In this document: piece after piece, positions 1-12,763 of the stretch
How the letters are laid out: each line of letters begins with the position of its first letter
Numbering within the stretch: the first letter of the stretch is position 1
Source of the DNA: Eledone cirrhosa
Taxonomy: Eukaryota
Direction: 5' to 3'
Assembly: GCA_964016885.1 (NCBI GenBank)
Contig: OZ024743.1
Location: 321,842,001 to 321,906,000 of the forward strand
DNA length: 64,000 nucleotides
Translations under genes and position numbers: made by a program
The notes under the pieces: model-generated
Database searches by the model: none
Told to the model about the DNA's origin: nothing
The model's input: only the letters and a program-made list of their open reading frames with translations

Positions 1-3000
1 CATATATAAGTTGCAAATACGTGTATTATCCCAAAGTGAAAAACCAAGTTTTGCATCAAAGTGGTGATTTCAAAGTTTATTTATTTACACATGGTGGTGG
101 CGGTGATACAGAAATAAACGAAGGTTGACGATTGAGAAGGTTGACGAATGACGTCAGATTCTTCTACTTTCACTTCTGACAGCCAATTCCGTTGTAGTGC
201 CCCGTTTATAAATCTTTCACTGTTCTTATATAAAGATTCATTTGATTTGATGAAGAAGTTAAAAGCGAATATTTCCAAAATTAGATGGAATCATTATTGC
301 AGAATTTCACATAAATGCAGTCAACTGACGTGATAATGAAATAGTTTCAAACAAACCGTCCCTAGCTTATGCTGAAATTCTTATTCTAGACACCAATTAT
401 ATTGCAGTATTGCCACAACTGTCCAAAGTAATTTCTGCTAATGAAAGGTAACACTTTGAGAATGACCGTTACATTTGCATGAAATTTTTAGGTAACTTCT
501 TATGACGTCACAATAACAATTTGTAAATTTAGATTGGATGAATTCGTTTAGGTTTTATCTCCGCATATAATATATTCTTTGAATCAATTGCACTCGTGCG
601 TTCTCGCGTAATAGCTACATTGAGTATTGAAGGAGACAGGATAAATACTTAGACTGAGAGAAAGTTTAAAATATGTACTAGGAAACGTCCATTAGAGAAA
701 AATAAAATGCGTGAAAAGAAATGAGAAAATCGAAACGAAATGATCATAACTAGAAGACAAAAGAAAAAAATATAAGATGAAATGTAAAATTGTAAATAAA
801 GCCTGGACGAAGATACGGAGCGAACCGAACTAAAAATGTAAGCAGGAAGCCGACGGCATAGCAGCTCCTGCCGTTTCTACAGCTAGATCCGAACTCAGTT
901 CGGATCTAGCTGTCAAAACGGCCGGAGCTCAGCCACTCTACTACCCTAACTCTCGAGTACTTTGGTTGTTATGGTCCACCTGGTTACTAAACCACGCTTT
1001 CTTTCCTGTTAATTTGGGAGTATGAATGTTTAGCGAACGTTTTAAACTATCGAGAAAATAATAACTAAAATTAAATTGATATATATTTTATGAGTGAGGC
1101 TAACAAACATAAGACTTGTTATAGACCCAGTGAAATTAAATTATTTTACAAATAGTGGGCAAATGTTGGTGATCAACACGAAATAATTAGAAACACTTTC
1201 AAAGATAGTACTGTCTAAAATCATATCTATAGTCATTTAAATTGTCAGGCGATTATTCAATAGTTCCTTGTGGGTTATTTGGTAGCATATTAGACTAGGA
1301 CACTAGTGGTCACGTGTTCGTCTACTGTCAACCTTAACACGCTTCAGTTTTGAAGTAGATGCTTTTTTTTTTTTTTTTTTTAATAATTTTTAGGCGTGGC
1401 TTATGATATATACTTTGATTAAATATATTAGTTATGACATTTATTTATTTATATTTATGCATACACGAAGATGATATAGTTTACATCATATGTGTATTAG
1501 ATTCTTTACATTCTACAATAAAAGTTGATATCTAAAGCATATGTCATTCACATATATGTTCTTACTATTTCTCAATCTACACATTGATTATGTATCTAAG
1601 ATTAGCTAAGCATCCATACATACACTAACGACAATTTTGCAGAGTAAGGTAAACTCTTTATACGATTGTAAATATAATGGAAAATTTCGATAAAACTAAA
1701 GATCTTACCTGAACACTACAGCAAATGATGGAGACATTTCATTAACAAATAGGGACAGTCTGATTAAAAGCAAATAGTGGGAATTGAAAATGCGATGCTA
1801 TATAATTGTTAGAAGTGAATGAGGGCACGCGCAATCACATCGAACCTTCTCTGTAGACGATAAAATATAGCTACAAATATCCACATACTTAGTCCCGTTT
1901 ATAAATCTTTCACTGCTCTTATATAAAGGCTCATTTGATTTGATGACGAAGTTAAAAGCGAATATTTCCAAAATTAGCAGAATTTCACATAAATGCAGTC
2001 AACTGACGTGATAATGAAATAGTTTCAAACAAACCGTCCCTAGCTTATGCTGAAGTTCTTATTCTAGACACCAATTATATTGCAGTATTACCACAACTGT
2101 CCAAAGTAATTTCTGCTAATGAAAGGTAACACTTTGAGAACGATCGTTACATTTGCATGAAATTTTTAGGTAACTTCTTATGACGTCACAATAACAATTT
2201 GTAAATTTAGATTAGATGAATTCGTTTAAGTTTTATCAATCTATTTGACAAATGGAGTGGATTGGAATCGGCTGGAATGTCCATATAGTCTTATTTGTGA
2301 GAGAGGGAGAGGGCGTGTGAGACAGTGGTTGTGTACAGTTTGGTGTACAGTTTGTGTTCCGACCTGTTATATATGTATGTATTTTTTAAAGCTCCATATT
2401 CATTAACAAATTTTAATGCATTGGTATTGAAATGTGTAAAGGCATATGGCCTAATAGTTAGAGTAATCGTGCGTAAATGCTTCTTTCGTTAATTTCGTAT
2501 GGAAATCGAATATATAGGACTTTTGGCTAAATTTGAAAGCTTCTAACGAGGGGTTGAATTCTTCCACATTTCATCCTTAGTCTGTATCTCTGTACTTTCA
2601 TATTACTTATATTGAAAGCCCCATTATCTGTTTTCGTTTGCTCAATGTAAATATTACGTTATAGTTTTTCATATATTTGAGAAGATATGAAAGAAACTAT
2701 ATAAATATCTCCGCATATAATATATTCTTTGAATCAATTGCACTCGTGCGTTCTCGCGTAATAGCTACATTGAGTATTGAAGGAGACAGGATAAATACTT
2801 AGACTGAGAGAAAGTTTAAAATATGTACTAGGAAACGTCCATTAGTGAAAAATAAAATGCGTCATCGAATGAAAAGAAATGAGAAAATCGAAACGAAATG
2901 ATCATAACTAGAAGACAAAAGAAAAAAATATAAGATGAAATGTAAAAATGTAAATAAAGCCTCGACGAAGATACGGAGCGAACCGAACTAAAAATGTAAG

Positions 3001-4221
3001 TATCCCATGCAATAAAAATACACCACCTTAAACACTCGGCCACCTCGTTACCTAAAGTCCTGAAAATCTGTCACAAATATAAACTGATATATGAGAAAAT
3101 AGTTTATGAATGGGTTTCATGTGAAATTGGAGAATTGGAGGGTAGAAGAATAGCAGCATTTCAGGTTTCCCCATCTATATTAATTTGGGAGTAGGAAAAG
3201 AACGAGGAAGCCGACGGCATAGCAGCTCCTGCCGTTTCTACAGCTAGATCCGAACTCAGTTCGGATCTAGCTGTCAAAACGGCCGGAGCTCAGCCACTCT
3301 ACTACCCTAACTCTCGAGTACTCTGGTTGTGGTCCACCTAGTTACTTACCACGCTTTCTTTCCTGTTAATTTGGCAGTATGAATGTTTAGCGAACGTTTT
3401 AAGCTATCGAGAAAATAATAACTAAAATTAATTTGATATATATTTTATGAGTGAGGCTAACAAACATAAGACTTGTTATAGACCCAGTGAAATTAAATTA
3501 TTTTACAAATAGTGGGCAAAAGTTGGTGATCAGCACGAAATAATTAGAAACACTTTCAAAGATAGTACTCTCTAAAATCATCTCTATAGTCATTTAAATT
3601 GTCAGGCGATTATTGAATAGACCCTTGTGGGTCATTGGGTAGCATATTAGACTAGGACACTACTGATCACGTGTTCATCTACTGTCAACCTTAACACGCT
3701 TCTGTTTTGAAGTAGATGCTTTTTTTATTTTTTTGTAATTTTTAGGCGTGGCTTATGTTATATACTTTGATTAAATATATTAGTTATGACATATTTAATT
3801 ATTTATATTTATGCATACACGAAGACGATATAGTTTACATCATGTGTATCAGATTCTTTACATTCTACAATAAAAGTTGATATCTAAAGCATATGTCATT
3901 CACATATATGTTCTTACTATTTCTCAATCTACACATTGATTATGTATCTAAGATTAGCTAAGCATCCATACATACACTAACGACAATTTTGCAGAGTAAG
4001 GTAAACTCTTTATACGATTGTAAATATAATGGAAAATTTTGATAAAACTAGAAATCTTACCTGACACTTCAGCAAATGATGGAGACATTTCATTAACAAA
4101 TAGGGACAGTCTGATTAAAAGCAAATAGTGGGAATTGAAAATGCGATGCTATATAATTGTTAGAAGTGAATGAGGGCACGCGCAATCACATCGAACCTTC
4201 TCTGTAGACGATAAAATATAG

Positions 4222-4494
4222 CTACAAATATCCACATACTTAGTCCCGTTTATAAATCTTTCACTGTTCTTATATAAAGGCTCATTTGATTTGATGAAGA
4301 AGTTAAAAGCGAATATTTCCAAAATAGATACAATCATTATTGCAGAATTTCACATAAATGCAGTCAACTGACGTGATAATGAAATAGTTTCAAACAAACC
4401 GTCCCTAGCTTATGCTGAAGTTCTTATTCTAGACACCAATTATATTGCAGTATTACCACAACTGTCCAAAGTAATTTCTGCTAATGAAAGGTAA
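4222..4494 (+). pseudogene. Degenerate leucine-rich-repeat-like coding remnant inside the tandem unit (also ~200-450 and ~1890-2130)
   Basis: Manual translation: ...GSFDLMKKLKANISK...HINAVN*RDNEIVSNKPSLAYAEVLILDTNYIAVLPQL. LAYAEVLILDTNYIAVLP fits LxxLxxLxLxxNxIxxLP apart from one Ala; an in-frame stop is present. Confidence 0.35.
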
Positions 4495-6621
4495 CACTTT
4501 GAGAATGACCGTTACATTTGCATGAAATTTTTAGGTAACTTCTTATGACGTCACAATAACAATTTGTAAATTTAGATTGGATGAATTCGTTTAGGTTTTA
4601 TCAATCTATTTGACAAATGGAGTGGATTGGAATCGACTGGCATGCCGATATAGTCATAATGGTGAGAGAAGGGGATAGCGTGTGAGACAGTGGTTGTGTA
4701 CAGTTTGGTGTACAATTTGTGTTCCGACCTGTTATATATGTATGTAATTTTTACAGCTCCATATTTGTTAACAAATTCTTATTGCATTGGTATTGAAATG
4801 TGTAAAGGCATAATCGTGCGTCAATGCTTCTTTCGTTAATTTCGTATGGAAATCGAATATATAGGACTTTTGGCTAAATTTGACAGCTTCTAACGAGGGA
4901 TTGAATTCTTCCACATTTCATCCTTAGTCTGTATCTCTGTACTTTCATATTACTTATATTGAAAGCCCCATTATCTGTTTTCGTTTGCTCAATGTAAATA
5001 TTACGTTATAGTTTTTCATATATTTGAGAAGATATGAAAGAAACTATATAAATATCTCCGCATATAATATATTCTTTGAATCAATTGCACTCGTGCGTTC
5101 TCGCGTAATAGCTACATTGAGTATTGAAGGAGACAGGATAAATACTTAGACTGAGAGAAAGTTTAAAATATGTACTAGGAAACGTCCATTAGTGAAAAAT
5201 AAAATGCGTCATCGAATGAAAAGAAATGAGAAAATCGAAACGAAATGATCATAACTAGAAGACAAAAGAAAAAAATATAAGATGAAATGTAAAAATGTAA
5301 ATAAAGCCTCGACGAAGATACGGAGCGAACCGAACTAAAAATGTAAGTATCCCATGCAATAAAAATACACCACCTTAAACACTCGGCCACCTCGTTACCT
5401 AAAGTCTTGAAAATTTTTCACAAATATAAACTGATATATGAGAAAATAGTTTATGAATGGGATTCATGTGAAATTGGAGAAATGGAGGGTAGAAGAATCG
5501 CAGCATTTCAGGTTTCCCCATCTATATTAATTTGGGAGTAGGAAAAGAACGAGGAAGCCGACGGCTGAGCAGCTCCTGCCGTTTCTACAGCTAGATCCGA
5601 ACTGACTACAGCTAGATCCGAACTCAGTTCGGATATAGCTGTCAAAACGGCCGGAGCTCAGCCACTCTACTACCCTAACATAGTTTCAAACATAACCGTC
5701 CCTAGCTTATACTGAAATTCTTATTCTAGACACCAATTATATTGCAGTTTAACCATCACTGAGGATAGCGTATTAGATTAGGAAACTAGTGGTCACGCTT
5801 TCGACTGCTGTCAACCTCAACACGCTTCACTTTTGAAGTAGATGCTTTTCTCTTTTTTTTTTTCGTATTTTTTCTGCGTGGCTTATGACATCTACTTTCA
5901 TTAAATACTAGCAGAATTGTTCGGTCTTCTAAACATAGATTGGCATGTTTATCCCTCCTTAAATGTTCAACCCACGAAAGCCAAGACGATAGGGTTAAGT
6001 AAAAAGGCATTCGACAAACCGAACATGTATTTGTTGTGTATACGATGAAAGCAATAGTTACAGAGCAGTAAGCATGTGGGACTGCAGAGGTGGAGAGCAT
6101 GAAGGAATTTAGTTGGATACTTTTAAGGTTACAAATATCTACACAATTTGATATAGACCGAACTGTTATATCTGATGCCAAACGCCTCGGAGTTACTATT
6201 GGGATCACCATCAACAATTTCAAGGGATGTACGTTTAAGTCGGGATAATATAGTCTATAAAGAGAGGTAACTCCTCCAAAATACTAAAGAGTTGTCTCTT
6301 TTGAACATTGTAGACAGAATGACGTACTAACTGACAAAAAGGGATTAAAGTTTTAGTGAAAAAAACGCCCTTAACAACAGAATATTGCAACATAAAAGCT
6401 TTGAAGCAATTGCACTCGAGGAATAGCTACATTGAGGATAAATACTTAGATTGAAAGAAAGGTTAAAATATGTATTAGGAAACGTTGATTAGAAAACAAA
6501 GAGTGCGTGATCGAATGAAAGAAAATGACAAAATGTAAACGAACTGATGGAGACTAGAAGATAAAAGTAAAAATATGAGATGAAATGTAAAAATTACTGC
6601 AAAACTAAAAATTGTAAGTAT

Positions 6622-6667
6622 CCAATGGATTAAAAGTGTACCGCTTTAACCACTCGGCCAACTCATC
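6622..6667 (-). pseudogene. 5' half of a tRNA-Ser(GCU)-like sequence (further degenerate copies at ~3003-3048 and ~5350-5395)
   Basis: The reverse strand GATGAGTTGGCCGAGTGGTTAAAGCGGTACACTTTTAATCCATTG resembles eukaryotic tRNA-Ser GACGAGGTGGCCGAGTGGTTAAGGCGATGGACTGCTAATCCATTG. The T-arm and 3' acceptor half are missing. Confidence 0.5.
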
Positions 6668-6799
6668 ACGTAACTTGTCACAAATATAAATCGATATATG
6701 AGAAAATAGTTTATGAATGGGATTCATGTGAAATCCCATTCATAAACTATGAAGGGTAAACGAATAGCAGCATTTCAGGTTTCCCTATCTATATTAATT

Positions 6800-6936
6800 T
6801 GGGAGTAGGAAAAGAATCAGGACCCCGACGGCCGAGCTCCAGCCGTTTCGACAGCTAGATCCGAACCGAGTTCGGATCTAGCTGTCAAAACGGCTGGAGC
6901 TCGGCCGTCGGGGTCCTCACTTTTTCCTATTTCCCA
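6800..6936. repeat. Long GC-rich palindrome (48-bp arms, 3-nt loop, imperfect outer extension)
   Basis: 6819-6866 is the reverse complement of 6870-6917 with one mismatch. Outer TGGGAGTAGGAAAA / TTTTTCCTATTTCCCA also pair. Decayed copies occur in each tandem unit and at 60659-60769. Confidence 0.9.
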
Positions 6937-7299
6937 CTCTACTACCCTAAGTATCGAGTACTCTGGTTTGTTATGGCCCACCAGGTTTCTTATCACACTT
7001 TCTTTGTTGTTAATTTGGGAATATGAATGTTTAGAAAATATTTTAAACTATCGAGAACATAATAATTAATATTGATTTGATATGTATTTTATGAGTGAGG
7101 CTAACAAACATAAGACTAGTTATAAATCCAGTGAAATTAAATTATTTTTCTAACAGTGGGCAAACGTTGATGATTAACACGATATAATTAGAAACACTTC
7201 AAAGATAGTACTGTCTAAATCATATCTATTGTAATTTAAATTTTCTCCTGCAAATCAATCCTCACTTGTTGATCATTTGATCACTTCCTAGAGACATGT

Positions 7300-9030
7300 C
7301 TCCGACGAACCCTGCTCATCTACCTCGTTCACCTTTCGTACGGAAAACCCAGCTCACTCTTGGTTGCCGACAACTTGGTTACTTCCGCCACAGTTGTCCA
7401 GCAGTCGGCGACGTACGCCGGTCGGTGCGGACTTCCCACAACGTCTGGTACCTCGATGACGTGACCCTGGGCGGCCCGGCTGAGACAAATCATCCCAGCT
7501 CTAATGCTCCTTGGACTTGAGATCAACCCAACTAAGTCTGAGGTGACCAACATCAGCTACGAAGAGGCCGGATTCCGAAACGCCGTTCTCAGCTCCCATC
7601 CCATCTTGGCCGGGGACTCGGTTGACACCCAAGGATGCCGCATGCATTTTCAGCTCCCTCCTTCTCCTGAAAGCCATATGAGAATGCCTGGAGACCAAGC
7701 ATGCGGATTTGTCCCGATTAGCAGGGAGGCTGCGCCATATTGACGCTCATCCCACGCTCTTCTTCTTAAGGAACTATTTCGCCAAATTCACATTTACTCT
7801 GCGCGATGCACCTTGCCACTCCCAGGCAGATCTTCTCAGAGATCTTAACGCCACCATTCGGCTCTGTGTGGAACTCATCTGCAATGTCAGTTTCGACGGC
7901 GCAGGCTGGCAACAGGCGATACTCCCAGCGAGGTTCGGTGGCCTCGATATCCGATCATCTTCGGACCTAGCTTTATACCTGCCTTTATACCTCGTCAGCG
8001 AGGTTCTCAGCCAGATGGCAGAACCTGACCTGGCCTCTGTGATGGAATGGGCTCTGGCCTACTGGACAGGCGAAGGCCTCTCAAACCCCCCAGTATACTA
8101 CAGTCCCACGTAACTGGGACGACATCAATTGCAGGTCTTCTACCTTGGACCAACACCGCCTCACCTGCCTACGATCCGCTTCTCAGCCCAACAGCGGTGG
8201 GTGGCTCAATTCGATGCCCTCCTCATCAACCGGAACCCTTCTTGATGATGAGTGCACTCGCATCGGAGTAGCCAAACGCCTTGGCCTCTGCGTGTGTGAG
8301 CCACATAAATGCCGCTGCGGACGGTTGTTGACAAGTTCGGCCTGCACTCTCTGTCATGCCGCCAGAGCGCAGGCCGGTTCCCCCCACACGTCGCTCTCAA
8401 CGACATATTGAGAAGAAGCTAGGACGCAGCTGGCTTCCATTCTCAACTGAGACCAACAGGCCTACATCGTGGAGATGGCAAGCGCCCCGATGGAATCACC
8501 CTCTTCCCATTCGAAGGAGGTAGATCCCTGATCTGGGACGCCACCTGCTGCGACACGTTTTCCGCCCCCAGCTTAGTCGCTTCGGCCACAAACCACGGCA
8601 TCGCGGCCCGTCTCGCAGAAGAACGTAAAATTAAAATAATACCGGGGTTTGTCCAGCCGCTTCTTCTTCGTACCGGTCGCCATCGAGACCTCAGGCATAC
8701 TTGGACCCTGTACCGCCGAACTCCTCCACGAGATCAGAACGTCGGCGGCACGTCTGACGAGGGAACCCCGCGAGGTTGGGTGGCTGTTGCAGCGGGTGTC
8801 ACTGGCCATCGTCCGCAGGAATGCTTTTGTCATCTTGTCCGTGGGGCGCAGCACTTCTGCCCCTTTGCCCTAGGCCCAAAGCCCAATCACCCTCCCCCTT
8901 CAACCCCTCTCTTCTGCGACACCAGAGTTCTTGCCAACTCCTCCCCTACCCGTTCTTTTTCTTCTATATTTTTCTCTTTTGACATATTTTCAACTGTCTC
9001 ACTTTATTTGAAGAAAAATATCTGTAAATA
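7300..9030 (+). mobile_element. 5'-truncated, frameshifted CRE-clade non-LTR retrotransposon (RT C-terminus plus restriction-like endonuclease)
   Basis: Motifs across frames: VWYLDDVTLGG, LEINPTKSE, WQQAILPARFGGLDIR, SGGWLNSMPSSSTGTLLDD, CRCG, RGDGKRPDGITLFPF, LIWDATC, FVPVAIETSG, QRVSLAIVRRNA. It interrupts the tandem-repeat unit. Confidence 0.85.
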
Positions 9031-9370
9031 ATTTGTGACCTCATGCAATTATTTCACTCCTTTATCTCGGAAATCAATCAAATATTTGATAAAAATATTA
9101 ACTAATAAACACGTATCGAACCTTGACTAGGGATCTAGCGGTCACATTTTCGACTCCTGTCAACCTCAACAGGCTGCACGTTTGAAGTAGAAGTAGATGT
9201 TTTCTTCTTTTTATTTTTTTTTTTAGGTGGGGTATGACATCTACTTCCATTAAATATATTAGTTATTACATATTTATCTATAGTTTACATCATATGTATA
9301 TCAGATTCTTTACATCCTACTATAAATATTGATATCTAAAGTATATTTCATTCACATATATGTTCCTGCT

Positions 9371-9990
9371 GGTAGCCGGTAATTTGACTCCTGGTAATGT
9401 CGCTCCCGATATTTTGACCTCCAGTCAATTTCCATCTCGATATTAGAAAAAAATAAGACGTTGAAATTCAACATTTTTATTATTATTATTTATTATCAGT
9501 TCAAGGGCAGTGGATTGGCAGTATCGGTAGAGCGTCGGACGGCATGCTTTGCTGCAAAGAGTTACAGCCCTTTATGATCTGAGTTCAAATCCCGCCAAGG
9601 TTAACTTTGTCTTTCATCCTTACGGGGTCGATAAAATAAAGTACCAGTCACGCACTGGGGTCGATTTAATCGATTTTCCCCTCCCCCAAAATTGCTGGCC
9701 TTGTGCCTATATAAGAAACCATTATTTATTATCAGTTCAAAACATCAAACCAATACAGTGTTTTAAACAAGTAAATATACCGTAACTATATGAAAAGCTA
9801 AAAAAACATTTCTAAAATCCATCTTATTTTCGGGATTATATCGCTCAATAATTATCTGCAGCCGTTTGTTTATATTTTTATACTTTTATTTGGTCTCGCA
9901 GATCTCACCTCGATCAAATTCATATATGTAATTCATTTCACCCACAAGTTTATTCCTTCTGCGGATACTGTTAAAAATGTGAGACATAGT
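9371..9990 (-). mobile_element. MULE (Mutator-like) DNA transposon remnant, interrupted by a SINE
   Basis: Terminal ~15-bp tandem subrepeats (CGGTAATTTGACTCC-like) at 9371-9440. The minus strand at ~9800-9925 reads EFDRGEICETK*KYKNINKRLQIIIERYNPENKMDF, like the C-terminus of animal MULE transposases. Confidence 0.45.
9505..9725 (+). mobile_element. tRNA-derived SINE, family A (octopod type)
   Basis: A-box-like TGGCAGTATCGG, B-box-like GAGTTCAAATCC, body ...CTTTCATCCTTACGGGGTCGATAAAATAAAGTACCAG, short ATT tail; many copies in the window. Confidence 0.85.
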
Positions 9991-10002
9991 GTATATATAT
10001 AC

Positions 10003-11023
10003 AGTGGTACCTTGACTTACGAGTTTAATTCGTTCCGTGACGGAGCTCGTAACTCAAATTACTCGTATGTCAAATCAATTTTCCCCATTGAAATGAATTA
10101 AAATGCCATTAATCCGTTCCGGGTCCCATAAAAAACACCGCAATTCTTTTCTTTTTTTTTTTTGTTTTGCGTGTTTTTAAATAAGAAAAATGTACTTATA
10201 TTAAATACCGAATATTGTATTAAAAAAAATACAATACAATAGAATCTACTGCAATAAACTGGTTTTATTAAGTATAATTGTTTCTACTTTTGGCACAAGA
10301 CCAGCAATTACCCAGTACATAGCTGGTACTTTATTTTATTGACCCCGTAAGGATGAAAGGCAAAGTTGACCTCAGCGGGATTTGAACTCAGATCGTAAAG
10401 GGACGTAACTATGCTGGAAAGCATGGCATCCGACTCTACCTATACCGCCAATCCACCACCCTTTATTAAGTATAATGCACATTTACATTGGAGATCAGAC
10501 GACTTGAAGATGCTGACGGAGGTGGAGGAGAAGGGCTGACCTGAATAATTGGATCTTATTCGCTGATTTTTGCCCTTTTCGCTACGCTTTCCTCACTTTT
10601 ATCTGCTGGGGTTTTCGATAAATACCTGTCCAATGAGGTTTGTTTTATCCTCCCACTCAGAATGTTTCTGAAATGAGTTAGGCAAGTGTCACTGAATAGC
10701 GCCGCCGTACGCCCAGTTACAACTTTTTCTTGGTGTTTCTTTTGAATAAAGTTTGAAAGTTTCTCCCACATTTCCAATATTTCCTTTATCTCACTTGTAG
10801 AGATAACCTCCTCCACCTCCCCCACGTCACCTACTTCCTGCAAAACCCCAGCGTGGAAGAAGCTGTGGCCTGTGGTTGTTTCTGAAACGGACTTTGAAAG
10901 ACTCGAACCCGAAGCGGCAGTGGTGGAAGAGATTGTATCCTTCGGCCTGGACATGGATGAAGGTGACATCAACGAGCTCATCGAGGAGCACTCCGAGGAA
11001 TTGACAACGGAGGAGCTAAAGGA
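10003..11023 (-). mobile_element. Tigger/pogo (TIGD1-like) DNA transposon 3' portion with an internally inverted segment
   Basis: TA+CAGTGGTACCTTGACTTACGAG TIR at 10003. Minus strand EEVISTSEIKEILEMWEKLS...LTHFRNILSGRIKQTSLDRY. The upstream transposase part AWKKLWP..DFERLEPE..EELTTEELKE lies on + at ~10850-11023. Confidence 0.8.
10279..10461 (-). mobile_element. SINE family A inserted in the Tigger element with a 15-bp TSD
   Basis: TSD TTTATTAAGTATAAT at 10264-10278 and 10462-10476. Confidence 0.9.
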
Positions 11024-12197
11024 AAGATGCTACCGAGATGATGATAAAGCGCCGCCTTGGAAATCAAGGAGAGCTATATGCCATGTTCCACCTGAAGTTG
11101 AGCGTCTTCTTTGTGCCTTCAGAAAGGAATAAGGCAGCTTTTCTCATCAGGGTGAAAAACACTTAGTTAACGGTGCCAGAGTATTAGGAGATGGGCTGGT
11201 TGCAGTGTGTTGGTGGGATGACATAGAGTTAGGGAGACTACAGCGCATGCTTTATATGTGAGTTGATAGGACCCTATTTCTATTTAGGAAACTTGTCTCC
11301 GATGTTAACAGGAAAAGCGTTCAAAAAGTGGTCTGGGACTGCGTTAGATGTCAGTCAATCGGCCCTGCATCGAGTGTGCACGAGACGAGGTTGCTAGTAG
11401 ATTTGACGCACTACTAACAAGGAGCATATCTCTTAATGACTGACTGCATACCAGGGTGGATGATAATATGTAAGAAAATGAGAATGGAGGCTGCAGGTGA
11501 AATTGGAGAAGTGCTGAACGAAATATTACTGGAGAGGGCCCCAGTGAACAAAATGTTGATACACAACAATATTGCATTTCGCTCAGAGTTGCTGAAAGAG
11601 ATGTTCAGCAAGTGGAATATGAGTAGTTTCTTCAGAGATGTGTATAGACCGAGTGGAGAGACACCATCGCACATTTGAAGCCATTGTTGAGAGGGGAAAT
11701 ATTTCCGCAATTGAGACAGAGAGGTTGAGGAGTCGATGGCATTAAATTAAGAGAATTATTCAAATAAAAATGGTGACACTCGAGCACGGGACGAGAGCGT
11801 TATGAGGAAGGGTCTGCATCCATTCAGATAGGGAACGAAGTCTGGGTAGAGCCGAGTATTTCCAAAACAATGTTTGATGTGATGAAAAGCCACGTTACAA
11901 TATTAATATCCGCCGCAGGGTTTTCAGGTTGTCGGACGATAACAAGGAGAGTATCTGATCAGTTTAGAATAGTATGATTCTCGGGTTACACAAGTAAATA
12001 AGAGAGACAACAAACGAAGAGCACCCGAGGTAAGCGTTTTTGCGTTTCCCTCCACAATATAATTCCCACACGCACATACGCACACACATACACACACACA
12101 CATATATACACACACATGCACGCACACATACACACACATACCCCTATTACATTTCACGTTATTTCAGTGGAACCAGTTTTTGCACTGTATGGAACGC

Positions 12198-12254
<57 letters not shown>

Positions 12255-12287
12255 CAAATATTAATAAAGTAGATGTTCTTTTGATCA

Positions 12288-12350
12288 ATTACATTTTATT
12301 ATACATATTTCGGATGTACAACACTACGTCCTCATCAGACAAAATATAAT
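12288..12350 (-). ncRNA. Minimal type I hammerhead ribozyme (Penelope-like pLTR fragment between TA tracts)
   Basis: Minus strand ATTATATTTTGT-CTGATGA-GGACGTA gtgttg TACATCC-GAAA-TA tg TA-TA-ATAAAATGTAAT. Core motifs are intact, with a ~12-bp stem I, stem II with one mismatch and a very short stem III. Confidence 0.75.
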
Positions 12351-12463
12351 GATACATGACATACCCTGAGATGTTAAATGGTTAAGATTTAATCAAGGTA
12401 GTGATTAACCCAAGAAAAATTTAACATTTATACTCTAATAATTAGAAAATGCGAAAAATTATT

Positions 12464-12518
<55 letters not shown>

Positions 12519-12726
12519 GGAAATCAGTAAAATCGAATCTCTGGCGGTTTGCAAGTAAATTCGGCCTACTTATATGAAATGATAAGTTAGCAAAGCACTC
12601 GATAAGATAGGACCTCAGAGTAATAACATACGTTTAAATAGCTTGACAAATCGAACATTGTGGTAGGCGAAACTAACACACAATATACCAAAGTAACGAT
12701 AGAACTAATCAGGTTGAGAAAAGTAC

Positions 12727-12749
<23 letters not shown>

Positions 12750-12763
<14 letters not shown>

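Larger units (their letters stand above)
200..7245. repeat. ~2.35-kb tandem repeat array (about 3 similar units plus one diverged unit; resumes at ~9110-9365 after a CRE insertion)
   Basis: Identical ORFs at 2828 and 5175 are 2347 bp apart. The landmark hairpin GAAGCCGACGGC...AGCTAGATCCGAAC recurs at ~846, ~3207, ~5554 and, diverged, at ~6820. The first unit has internal deletions. Confidence 0.9.

Noticed and set aside
2996-3003. ATACTTAC on the minus strand resembling the U1 snRNA 5' end
   Set aside because: Only 8 nt; the following sequence is not U1.
5786-6223. 145-aa ORF as a host gene
   Set aside because: No recognisable domain, and it runs into repeat-unit and poly-T sequence.
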